A stretch of 64,000 nt of DNA from Vermamoeba vermiformis (Eukaryota), in the NCBI GenBank assembly GCA_045837725.1, contig JBEWZL010000076.1, positions 124,001 through 188,000 on the forward strand, read 5' to 3'. The notes under the pieces are model-generated. The model searched no databases and had not been told where the DNA came from. It saw only the letters and a list, made by a program, of their open reading frames with translations. The translations under genes and the position numbers were made by a program. Shown piece after piece: positions 12,601 to 24,759 of the stretch. Within the stretch, counting starts at the first letter, position 1, and every line of letters starts with the position of its first letter.

Positions 12601-14136
12601 TGAAGCAATGCCAGGCAAGCAAGGGGACCATTGAACATCGAAGTTCCAGTTGTTGCTAACATCAACCTAGAATTGGAATTAAAACCAAAATTCAAATAAA
12701 TAATCTAATATTATCTATAAACGGAAAGTACTTTGGTAGGTCACTAATTAATTTTATAATTAAATTATTAAAATTATTACCTCGCTCAAAATAGAAGCCT
12801 TGTTGGTGTCCCAGCACAAAGTTCTGTTGTCTTTGCCGCTGCTGAGCAACAAAGAAGAGTCGAATTGGCACCAAGACAACGACAAAACACCCTTGGTGTG
12901 ACCTTGGAAGGACTACAATAACGATTAGAATTAGGATCGAGAAAGCGCGGCGCTGGATGTGGCTTACCTGGCTAGGAGCCAAAGCGTTCTGCAAGTCCCA
13001 AAGAGCAATATCAGGCTGCTCGTCGTCTTCACTAGCAGTAACAAGACGAGTGGTAGCGATAGGACTCCAAGCCAAAGCACGGCAAGTAACGCGTCGAGCG
13101 GGATCGCTGAAGGTCAAAGCCGGTCTCTTAGCACGAAGATCCCAAACAATAGTGACACCGTTGTAGCCGACAGTAGCAAGAATCTAATATATTGCATAAA
13201 TAATTATAAGATCATTATAGCATTAAAATAGAGGACCTCTAACTGCGCGTAACGCAAATTTTTTCTTTTGATATTGCGGGCGTAGCATATATATTTTTAT
13301 GATTTTTAGTATCTCTTACGTGAGGAGCATTTTCTTGCTTGTTCCAAGCAACGCAGGTGACGTCGGCTTTGAATCCGGATGGCTTAGTGCCAGGAGTGTA
13401 GACCGAGGGCTTAGAAGGGTTTGATAAATCCCAAATAAATACCTAAATATTTAGATTAGCATTTGCAAGGCTAATCAATTGCAATCAGCGGTCAAGGCCG
13501 ATATTTCTCGATCAGCGGAATTTTACGTACTTCACCACCAGGACCGCCAGAAGCAAGCAATTGAGGTTGGAAAGGATTGAAGTCCAATGCCTGTACGGGA
13601 CCAGTGTGGCTTTCAGCTGTAGCAATCAAAGATTCTTCTTCTCCGCTGAAAATTAACGAAAAAATAAATTAGAAATATTGTATAATCGTAAAAGCATGCA
13701 AAAAAATCCTCGTAATTATGGGTAATATTAGTGCAATGATTATTGCGAGCTGAAAAATTTTGGTTGATTTTCCCGACGTCAGCTCAAAAATTTTCAGATG
13801 ATACTTTTTGACTTACGCGATGATTGCAGCAGGGTTATACAAGTTAATAACACCATTAGCCAAACCACCAGCAATAATACCATATTTATAAGTTTCAGTA
13901 TCCTTGCTAGGAGTCCAAGCCAATTTGTGGAATCTATCGCTGGATTTGATGGCACCCAACAACTTCATTTCGCTGTTCTTCTCGGTCAAATCGACTCCAA
14001 ATATTTCAAGTGAGCCAGTAGCATCAAAATCCTGGCTCATAGTGCCAGCGACAGTACCAGCTGCGATCAAACGCGGCTGATGCTTCAGAGGACTCCATGC
14101 CACTGTAGCGCTACGACTAATTTCGTTGACTTTCAT
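9678..14136 (-). CDS. SEC31: COPII outer coat protein Sec31
   Basis: [16 protein letters not shown]...AAGTVAG, WD40 repeats, [24 protein letters not shown]...[30 protein letters not shown], long Pro-rich region, helical C-terminal domain (IGLKRL). Confidence 0.95.
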
Positions 14137-14284
14137 TATTATAGACTATTATAATGAAGTGTGTTTGAGTCGTTGTAAAAATTCAAAATAACTGCTAACT
14201 GAACAACAGACTGACGAAGCCAAATTAATTCTTCGACGTCGTAAAGAACTCAAACTTTAATACGGATATTCTCTACTAGAAAAA

Positions 14285-14385
14285 AGAGGAGGGGGCAAAT
14301 TTCTTTGGGTGGATCCTTAGGAGGGAGAAATCCGCATCTACCGACCCAGCAGAGGGCTCGAGTTATTTGTTGACCGAACTTCTCT
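14285..14385 (+). ncRNA. Candidate ~100-nt structured RNA or hairpin element (unassigned)
   Basis: GC-rich island in AT-rich intergenic DNA. Nested stems AGAGGAG/CTTCTCT, GGCAAAT/ATTTGTT, TGGGT/ACCCA, GGAT/ATCC; G-U pairs favour the plus strand. Confidence 0.25.
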
Positions 14386-14545
14386 ATTAAATATGCATCA
14401 TATTGATTATTTGGTAAATAGGTCTAACGAGTTGTCATTGTTCTAACTGAGTTTTAATGATTTTGAAACTATAAACAAACTTGAATCGTAACTAACAGGC
14501 TATTAACAGTATTATAATACGAACGAATTAATTAATTAATATTCG

Positions 14546-15307
14546 TTAATTATTTGGCCGTCCATCGACTTCTTGAATTAATTTCTTTGACGTATTGCTG
14601 TTTTTCTTTTCAGTTTGATTGTTATTATTCTCTTCTTCATCATCGTCCTCTTCGTCGCTGAAATTTTCATCATCTTCTTCGTCACTAGTTGGAATACCCA
14701 AATCCTGCAAAGCAGATCGAGATTAGTTCCGATCGAAAGTGAGATCGAGTTTGACGCACCATTTGAATATAAGGCTTATCCTCATCAACTTGCTCAATAT
14801 TAACTGCATCGGGATTCTTGGAAATATCTTCCTCGAGCTTTTTATTGGCCTGTTCCATTAGAGGCAGAAACGCTTTGACACGATCCAAGACTGTTTGAAA
14901 GAAAATCATTATTAAGCCGTAAACTATTACTAAAAAATGCACACTAATTTATTATTGTAACCAATAATCATTAGACTGTTGTTTAAAAAGTAGATCAGAT
15001 GTAAATCCAGATCGGATCACACCAACAAAATTAAATAATTTAAATTTATTTACCTTTACTTCGTTCTGGCTTTGTAATGACTACTTTGTTCTTATTAATC
15101 AAGAACGGCGCATCTACAAGAAATAGACAAGATCAGCAATCAAAAACCCGCAATAAAAAACAGTTACAAAATCGGAGATATGATCTAATATTTTTAGTGC
15201 TATATTATCTATTATCAAATACCTGGATTTGGATCGATGTAAAACAAGGCTTTGGACGATTGCTGTCGATTGTCTGTGCCGTTTTTATCTTCTTTATTAT
15301 GCTCCAT
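14546..15307 (-). CDS. NOPCHAP1: NOPCHAP1/C12orf45-like (DUF4598) snoRNP assembly chaperone
   Basis: Four exons; core VLDRVKAFLPLMEQANKKLEE...NIEQVDEDKPYIQM|DLG followed by an acidic tail, as I recall the DUF4598 pattern. Confidence 0.7.
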
Positions 15308-15769
15308 GTCTATATAATGGGAGTAATGTTCGTACTCTACAATTTAGTAATAAAATGAAGCACGATCCAAAAAATAAGAAAGTTGACCGGTCAAACTATT
15401 GAAGAACGGTAATAAGCGACATTGAACGAAGTTACAGACAACGTTAGCTATTGAAGACGTAGTAATATGACTGGAAAGGTGTTGAGATTGCGCTAGCGGT
15501 CGATTGAATCGAGAGGTTTCGTTCTTGCGCAATTTAACAATTTATTTGAATCCAAAAGCAACAACTCAACTTCTCTTAAGTGAGCAAAGATTGCTTCTAT
15601 TATTATTTGGTGCAATAGTAGATAAGGTAATTAGACGATATAATGGAAGATACTACCCAGATCTTTTCGATCTTTCGTGTCATTATTATAAAAGACTGAT
15701 ACGTATTCTAATATTTATATAATTATTAATTATTACCGCTTATTAATATTATCATTATTGAGCAGTGCA

Positions 15770-17073
15770 ATGGATTTGTTTGAAAATTACGAAAAGGAGT
15801 TGCAATTAGCGGTGGACACAGCCACTAAAAAAGTTCGTCAATTATCCTCTGTTACTGGAGGTAAGTAAATTACATACGTTATTCTATTTATTAAATTATT
15901 AGGATTATTAAACGAATAATTGGCTAGATCGAAATGAAAATTACTCGTCTATTTCAATTTTATCGTATATAATTAACTTTATCTATATAGAACGCAGAAA
16001 AATTATTTTGCAAGAAATTGATGCAGAAATTGAAAATATCAGAGACTTGGTAAGTCTTAACTCGGCTAGATTTCAGCGTAGCACATCTACGGCTTGCTTT
16101 ACCATGCACAATCTCAATTTTGCAACGCCAAATAATGAATAGCTATAACTATAGCAGCATAAAATAGCTTGATATTGTTGGATGGTTCAACCTCGCTAGA
16201 ACTCCGTGTTAACTTTGTTTCTATATTTAGATGGACAATATGCGTCACGTGGCCCGCAACAGCCGAGGCAGCGATGCAATGAATGTGCGCATTAAGGACT
16301 ACGATCGCAAAGTCGATGTATTGACACGTGAACTGAACGCTACTCGCAATCAAACCAATCGATCAGACTTGATGGCTGGTGCTACTGGCAGAAAGTTCGG
16401 AGATATCGAGGTACGCTCTTTGCACTTAATATTTCCTTATTAGGCAATAACCAAACCTCTAACACAAAATACTACCATTGCGACCTCATTACTTGTCTCA
16501 CCTTGCGCGCTCTATCTAAAACAAATTTACTGCTTCCAGCATTAACATTGAATTTTATTTGCAGGCCCAAGAAGGAGATCAACGACAAAAGATTCTTGCT
16601 GGCAATCAAAAGCTGTTTGAGGGCTCCGAACGATTGAACGAGACGCAACGTATTGCTTACGAAAGTGAATCTATTGGCACACAGACTATTATCGATCTTA
16701 AGCGACAGAAGGATACTCTTTTGCGTGCTCGAGATGGTGTAAGTAATCTCACACTTTTTCTACGAGTTAAGGACCCGATCGGATCCGCAACTTTTTGTGC
16801 TTGCACATTTTTTCTGCTGCCCTCTAATCGAACAATATTTTATATCGATACTCTACCGTGGGTTGTCTATGCCATATATTAATACTAATGATGTGCTATT
16901 CAATGTAGTTGGAAGACATCGATGACAATGTGACTACTACACGAAAAGTTTTGGGAGCTATGTCACGACGTGTCGCTACGAACAACGTTATTTTGGCATT
17001 GATTATTCTCATATTGTTCGCTACTATCTGTCTCATCGTTTGGTTCAAATGGCTCAGACACCTCATCCAATAA
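15770..17073 (+). CDS. VTI1: Vti1-family Qb-SNARE
   Basis: MDLFENYEKE N-terminal helical domain, RSDLMAG, SNARE motif QRQKILAGNQKL...SERLNETQRIAYESESIGTQTIIDLKRQKDTLLRAR, then KVLGAMSRR and a C-terminal TM helix. Confidence 0.92.
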
Positions 17074-17595
17074 GCGCAAGATCTCAGGTACCTTTATTAT
17101 CTTGCCGGCCTTTTTGTTATTGTTATACGTAGATTGTTATCTAAGATGCTTTTATGCGATTTGATGTGCAGCGAGTGCTTCACATTGGATTGTCTGACGT
17201 GTCTTGGATCACGCGATCTGCACCCAAAATGTACATAAAACAATATTTCTAAACCTATCCAGAGTCCAAATGACCTCACATCATCTTACTGCCCCCATCT
17301 ACAATCCATAGTGCTGTAATAATGCACTGTGGCTAACCTCCCTACAGATCACAAGATTCAACAAATGAGCGGATGCGTTCAACCAGGGTTTGCAATTCTG
17401 CTTACTGACTAACCGGTTTGCTCTTCCGTAGTACACCTGTACACTATAGATACGCTATGCGTTGGTTGATTCAACGAATATGACACTATTTTGAGACATG
17501 CACGGACCTTTGACTATGTTTGACTTTGTTCGTCACCTTGTTTTGTTCGATTTTTCCGTGTGCGAGTTTTAGTATTTTCAATTCAAACAGCAACC

Positions 17596-18051
17596 ATGGA
17601 AGCATTATATCGTGGATTGGAATTGCCCTTTTATATTTTTAGGGTGCCCAATTTGAAGCTCAAAACGCCTCAAATCCCAGATTTGGCTCCTATGACCGTG
17701 TTCTACTTGGTCTTCCTCTCTTACTTCTTGGTCGCATCTGGCGTCGTTTATGATATTATTTCAGACGCCCCTGCTATGGGTCAAGTCACTGACGAAGTCA
17801 CTGGTGCTCAAAAGCCCGTTGTATTTATGAAGTACAGAGTCAATGGCCAATTCATCTACGAAGGATTGGCTGCTGGAATGTTGTTTTCGCTTGGAGGACT
17901 TGGATTTATTATTTTGGACAAAGCAAACAACAAGGGCATCTCCGAACGAGACCGTTACGTGCTCATGTTTGCCGGTGGAGGCGCCATCTTGTTGGCTTAC
18001 AACCTTTTGATTGTATTCTTGCGAATTAAGATCCCTGGCTACCAAGGATAA
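17596..18051 (+). CDS. OSTC: Oligosaccharyltransferase subunit OSTC/DC2 (intronless)
   Basis: VPNLKLK...SYFLVASGVVYDII...P...KPVVFMKYRVNGQFIYEGLAAG...GGLGFIILD...FLRIKIPGY. Confidence 0.93.
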   Translation: MEALYRGLELPFYIFRVPNLKLKTPQIPDLAPMTVFYLVFLSYFLVASGVVYDIISDAPAMGQVTDEVTGAQKPVVFMKYRVNGQFIYEGLAAGMLFSLGGLGFIILDKANNKGISERDRYVLMFAGGGAILLAYNLLIVFLRIKIPGYQG

Positions 18052-18402
18052 GAAGAATATTCTTTGGCAACGGTACATGCTTTCCCACGAGTTAATCATG
18101 TAAAACAGCTTTATAAAATAATTTTGAAAATTTTTAATCCAAAAAATATCTTTGACCTTATGGACTGTTTCAGGTCCATAATTATAACTAACATTTAGCA
18201 AAAATATTGTAAAGCAACAAAATAATGACTGGAAGAATATTACAGCAAGTGAGAGTGGAAAACAAAAACAGGATGCGCACGCACCAACAACTCAACAGCA
18301 CAACTTAATATAAGCAGCAATCAATCGGGTCTCGCTTACAGCCACAGTTTAGTACCAATAGATGCATTTGAGGTGATTACACGAAGCGAACAAAGTGTTG
18401 AC

Positions 18403-18609
18403 GTGTCGATCGAGGTGACTACCTACAGCAGCTCCTGTGTCACCACCGTAATTCTTTTATCTCATGACTTTACGATATTCAAGGTCACGGTAGATGTGGT
18501 TAACGTTCAATATGTTTCATTATCATCTTTTATAACCGAGGATCAGAAAGGCGAGCGAATCTAAGTAGCTGGTCCTAGCTTCTTGTTCAGAGTTCTGAGG
18601 GATCGACAT
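18403..18609 (+). ncRNA. Candidate multibranched structured RNA (unassigned)
   Basis: 9-bp closing helix GTGTCGATC/GATCGACAT encloses four hairpins: GGTGAC/GTCACC, ACCGT/ACGGT, GGTTA/TAACC, TCAGAA/TTCTGA. Lies between two convergent genes. Confidence 0.35.
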
Positions 18610-18720
18610 ATCTTTACAAGTACTATGCTTTACTTGTTTTGGCTATAGTGTTAAATATTTATTCGAGACTACAGGTTGCTTTATACATGGGTTGTTGAGT
18701 GGATTCGATAATTATTTTAA

Positions 18721-19239
18721 TTACATGTTGCCAGGTCGTTTCTTCAATTGTTCAAGACTACAATAAAGAGTTAATATGTAGTTGATTATAATATTGAGCT
18801 TATTTAAGCCAAGCGCACAGTTGTAATTAGTAGACGATCACGCGTATCTGGCGCAAAAAGCAACGCCATAATTTTTAAATAATTCAATTAAATATCTAAT
18901 GTATTAATTATAGTAATAATAGCCAATATACACGTAAAATACAATATTTTGAGGGTTGAATTCATTCAAAAATAAAAATAAAAAATTAGATAATTATTAC
19001 ATTCTCGATTATTCAACTAATACATACCGAGAACGTTGTTTAGTAACTTCATCGACTAAAGTATAGTTCCAGGATTTCCATTGCTTCCAAGGGATTTGAA
19101 TTTTACGTAAAAACAAAGATCGACCTCGTTTAACGTGTCTCTTTGCTTGTTGAACATTATTCATGCCGTTCTTAGTGAACTCTCTTCTGAGCACGTTGAG
19201 AGCGGCTTCCCAGTTACCGTTGGGGATTGGGATCTTCAT
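18721..19239 (-). CDS. Probable mitochondrial ribosomal protein bS21-like
   Basis: Small basic protein IPIPNGNWEAALNVLRREFTKNG...KRHVKRG, resembling the bS21 pattern; second exon RLEQLKKRPGNM* joined by a GT-AG intron. Confidence 0.45.
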
Positions 19240-19815
19240 GGTTGTTCTTGCTCGAAATAATAATCAACTAAATGCTTCAGCTCTTTTGAATACCACACCT
19301 CAGCGATGATTGACGACCACAAAGTGTGATGCAAATATCAGCGTCCACTGAGCAGTAGCAAGAATGAGTGCAGGAACAAGACGTCCTGTTTTGAGGAAGT
19401 TCTGCATCTAAGATGGAATAGTAAAACTCCACTATCGTGCAACTATTCCAAAATAACAAGATAATTAATTATTACATTATTTGGCGTCTGCATTTGTAAG
19501 TTTATCAATTTAATCAACCCGCTGATAATTTTTATCATCGGCTTTTTAACAACAACGATATTGCGAGCAGCTAAGGAATTGACGCGACAGTCCCCGGTTA
19601 ATTTAGATACATTATTTACGATATTAATAATACCATGATAGTGGTTCTATTTTTACTGCACTTCTTGTCCCAATAGTGAGATTCACTCAGGGTGTTGGGT
19701 ACATGTGTCAGGGCTGTGAAACGAATTTAATAATGTCGAGGCAAATTCTGTAGGATAAATTTTAAAGCAAGAAGAGCAATACCAGTACCAGTGCAAAGAG
19801 GCCGAGAAAAATAAC

Positions 19816-21993
19816 ATGTTCTCAACGCACACTTGGCGGATCGTGTGTCTCGGAACACGTAAGTTTAACTCACATACTACCCTATAAATGTGTTTAGCTA
19901 GTCGCTCACATGATATTATTCCTTAGTGCTCATTTGTTCTTGCATGGGACTCGAAGTTACAGCACCTGAAAGTATAGCCCACACGGTAATAAATTTTCTC
20001 TCCTACCACGATAGATTATCTCTTTATTTATTAAGGGTATAATAACGATGATCTAGCAATGCCTTAATATTGCTGGGGTAATATATTAATAATTGTTTAT
20101 CGAGCAATGGTATACGAAAGTTGATCTCAGCAAACACTGTATGAAAGTGCCAATAATGCTAATCACGTTGATAGGTGTTCAATGCACCGCGATATCGATG
20201 GGTGGGACCAGAGGATTGGAGCTTCGATGTGACAGGACAGCTGGTCGATGAAAGGGACACGGATCTTGTCGAAAGGTATGAAAGTACCATGATTTGTACA
20301 AGATTCGTTAAATTCGATTTTAAACGATCTGAATATGCATGAACGCATCGAAATTCGACGCAAATTGAATTTAATTAATTTGACGCAGGATCGTTCTAGT
20401 TGGTTACACGCCGGCAAGAGAAAAAAGCCAAAAAATCGAAAGCCTTTGGCGTATGAATGTTTCAGCTATAGTGCTGGTACCCGACTCTGCTCCAGGTGAG
20501 TCTAACTCATTAATTAGGGTATTTTCCGGTTAAATCACAACGCATCCAAATTCAGTATACTGCATTTCAGCTTTTATCGATAAAAACCTTTAGCGGTACG
20601 TTTATTTCAGTTGATCTTACTGGCTTGAACAATTATGCACGGGTCACACTTCAATATGATGTCTTGGTACCAACTGTAATGATCTCGAACTTCACGTGGC
20701 AACAGATCCGTACTTGGCTTGATGATGGATTGAATATAACGGTGCGAGTAACTTCTACTGGTACGAGTCTATATGGAATATTTTTAGACTTTAGGTGGTG
20801 CAAAACACTTTCCTAACGTAACTGCAGATGTAAACCAATGGGATCTCATGATGCACTCCGGGGCAATGGTCTTCTATTCAGTATTCCTATCTGCGTTTAC
20901 CGCAACTTGCATCGGACTTGCCGCGTACAAGTTGATTATGTTCGTGCGTGCTAAGGGCTGTCAAGAGTCGATCCCGCAAACCATGCTCATCTTCGAAATC
21001 GTCGCTAACACTCGTAAGCTTACTAATGCTTGTTCGATTATAATAATATATATGTAATTAACGGCTATAATATTGTTTTAGTTCGTCTGTTCCCTTGTGC
21101 GGTGGATCCGCTTCAGTCGCGTACTCTCTTGCCATATATGGCTATTCAGGTGTTCTATACCATTAGCTGGCCGTTCGTTATAATTAATTTGCTATTAATA
21201 AGCTTCTATTGGTACGTCCCTTTGAATTTTGAAACTTACCTAACCTAGCTACGTTACACAACAATGAGCTGATTATGCTTTTTAGGCACGAATTAATGCA
21301 AAAATCGTCGTTGACTATGAACACATTCTTATCCAAACTACGCATACCATTCTGGATCATCTTCGCTCTGCTACTCGCACTTGATCTCACTCAAAGTCTA
21401 CTTCGTGGCCTTCTGTTCGAATTGAAGACGTTCTTAACTATCGTAGGCGTCATATATATAGTATTTGGCCTATTGTGCGTTATATTCTACATTTACACTG
21501 GTACAAGGTTAACGCGTACAATGACTAAAGTCTCGAAGAAGATGGTCAATTCAAATAGATTAGAGCGACTCAAAAAGGTACGTAGTAGCATTTAGCCAAT
21601 AAGGTATGATTGATTTTATGCTATATAAAGTTTTGCAACAATTTTGTAGCGAGACGGATCCATTTTCCGACAACGGTCTATTTTTAAAATTAAATTCTAT
21701 TTTTAACAGTATCTTTTTAGACATCAAGATTTATCTATGCAAGTGCAGGAGGTGTTATTGTGTGGCTAATAGCTGTAGCTGTTGGTGGTCTAACCTCAGC
21801 GTTTTGGATCCCCTGGGGCTTTTTCAGCGTATGGATTGTTGCTTTCACGTCTGTCACGTTCATCAGTTTGATGCAAATACTCGCCATTCATGAACCGAAT
21901 TCGTTGTGCGGAGTGCCTAGAACTTCTACAGATGTCTCGCTGTCGAAGCCAGGGAACAATGGATCGTCATTTAATGGTTCAGTACGAGTTTGA
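19816..21993 (+). CDS. PA-like ectodomain + 7TM receptor-like protein, paralog 1
   Basis: Signal peptide, VFNAPRYRWVGPEDWSFDVTGQLV, VPTVMIS...WLDDGLNITVRVTS, then seven hydrophobic segments (YKLIMFV...QTMLIFE...SWPFVIINLLLISFYW|HELM...LMQILAIHEP). Exon layout shared with the paralogs. Confidence 0.85.
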
Positions 21994-22337
21994 GTTGTTG
22001 TAATATATGCGCGAGTTGTACAGGTAAATACAATTATATTTTTATAGTACTTTAGTGGTGGTGCCGACAGTTTTATTTAACGGCGAAACTTTCTCCGTTG
22101 AATCCAGCGAGCAGTTACCACCGAAATCACAGAAAGTTGGTATTTGATATTCAAATTTAACAATATTAATAGTATACAGCGATTTTTATCTCACTTAAAT
22201 CTCTAGCCTTTCTTGGATTGATGATTTTGACATCTGAGAGCAAAAATCTCGTATTTGGCTTGGTGACGGAACATTGTTTAGGTCAGAATTTATAGTTTTA
22301 TAAACTGAACTAATGACGCAACAGTTAGGCCCATAGT

Positions 22338-24453
22338 ATGAATCAATTGCCTTCTTATTTGACGTGTCTCCTTATCATTAGTAAGTTGCAAAAATTTATG
22401 AAAGATTCCCGTTTCTAATACGCGTAGTTTGTTTAAGTTCATGCAAGGCTCTACAGATTTTGGCTCCGCCTGAAGTTGCGAATATAGTAAGCATAAATGA
22501 TTATATAAACTGCCTTTATTTTAACACTTAAAAATATCTTGTTGCGAATCCAATTTTTTCGAGCGTTTTCGCGTGTACATTATGAACATAGATGTATTAT
22601 TTTATTTTTGCATATTTAACCAGCCGATTCAATTTTTTATCTTGCAATTTCGGATTAGATCGATCAGTTTATTGGCAAGTACTAATGGAGCCATTTTTAG
22701 AGGTTTGAATCTCCAAGGAGCTTTTATGTTGGACCTATGCCGTGGAGTTTTGATGTCGTCGGGGCGCTTGTGAACGACAATGCTACGGATGTCACAAACA
22801 AGTATGTCATACACAAAGCAAAATACTGTCAATATTAATAGGAAATGCGCCATCATTCCTTTATTAACGCACAGATTCGTTTTATTGTTTATACTTGATT
22901 TGATTTAACTAATTACTGTGTTTAAGGATCGTCTTGTTTAGCTATCGCTATCCAGCGACTTTACGAATGGATGAAGTGACGAGACTATGGGAAAGTGGCG
23001 CACTGGGGATAGTTATGGTGACTGATCCGTCGTTAGGTGATTTATATTACGATTAAATCGAAATTTATTCCGCCTCTAACGAAATTTCTGTTCAGTGAAT
23101 ATAACCGGATCCAGCAACTACGCCCTCGGTGATGTACAATCTGATATATTACTACCAACAGTGATGATCTCCGAAGTAACCCGTCAAATTTTGCTTGATT
23201 GGCTGGTTCAAGGCATGAACATCACTGTACGAATTACTTCTGAAGGTAGGCGCTATATGCGTCATATAAATTTATATACAATATTAATTGCTTACCAGAT
23301 CCGAATCAGTGGGATGACATGATGAGATCAGATGCGATGATTTTCTATTCGGTCTTTTTGTCAGCCTTCTCAGCGGCGTGTCTTGGCTTGGCTATTTACA
23401 AATTGTTTATGTTCGTCAAGGCTAAAGGATGCCAACAATCTATAGCCCAGACGATGCTTATTTTTGAAATCATAACTAATACAGGTAAGATCTGGATGCC
23501 GCTAAAAAGCAGATCCGTTCAAAATATTAATTTCTTCGATAGTACGGCTGATCCCTTGTGCAATCGACCCATTGCTCTCGCGTCAAATATTTCCATTTAG
23601 ATTTGGCGCGTTCTTCTTTACAATGAGCTGGCCGTTCTTAATGATCAACTTGTTATTGTTGAGCTTTTATTGGTACGTCTACAATGCCTCAAATAACGAT
23701 GAGATTCTCGTTAATAATGCTATTTCCGTTATAGGCAAGAGTTAATGCTCAAATCATCGCTCGTTATCAACACATTTTTGAACAAGTTGAAAGTGCCTTT
23801 TTGGGTCATTTTTGGCTTGCTTCTTGCTATCGAAGTGAATAGTAACGTCATTAGAGGCTTTGGGTTCGACCCCGCGATATCAGTGCTGATTATCAGTGGG
23901 TTCTATCTGTTGCTTGGCACCTTCTGCGTGATCTACTACATCGTTACTGGCACGAGACTTGTTTTGAGTCTCAATCGAGCCACGAAGGCTTTTGTATCGA
24001 GCAAGCGAGCACAACGATTGCAGCGAGTACGTACATAGTGTGATAATATCAGAAACTGAAATTATTCGGCTCTACCTGATCTGGATTTGAATTTTTCCGT
24101 TTCTGCTTTCTTTCAGAAAAAGCGATGTAATTTTAACTCTCTTTGTTTAGACGTCAAGGTTTATCTACGTGGTCGCTGCTGCTGTCATTTGTTGGCTAGT
24201 TATCATTTCGCTCAGTTTGACGGACTTGTTCTGGCTGCCTTGGGGCTATTATGGCATTTGGTTCTCGCAATTCTTTATCATCACGTTCATTAGTCTTATG
24301 CAGCAGCTCGCTATTCAAGAGCCAAACTCCGCTTGCTCGATCAAGAGTTCCCAGCGGTCTACGGGTACATCTGGCAAATCGAACCAAGAAAATCGCTTGA
24401 GTACCAAAGAAACTCCGCTGACGGGTGCTACTCCGTTAACTCAAGAAGTGTAA
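22338..24453 (+). CDS. PA-like ectodomain + 7TM receptor-like protein, paralog 2
   Basis: MNQLPSYLTCLLII|...RFESPRSFYVGPMPWSFDVVGALV...SGALGIVMV...LLPTVMISE; same 7TM core and intron phases. Confidence 0.85.
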
Positions 24454-24759
24454 TATATTTATGTGCATATGATGTTAAATAAAATGAGGTTTGTTTACCG
24501 GATGTAGATCGCTCTCCCTTATGTATTTGTAAATATGACTATTCATGAAACGAACGCAGATGCTCTTGCAAACACTATTAAAGAATTAATTCCTTAACTG
24601 TCAGATTCAAAAGCAGATTGCGGAGCTGCTTTTACTCCGGTGACACGAACCAAAGAATCACAACTGACTTCTTGATTGTTTCAAAACGACGAAAATAGGT
24701 TCAATCGTAATCTTGTGACATAGACAAAAGCACAACTTGTACATATAGTTCTTCGGCAA

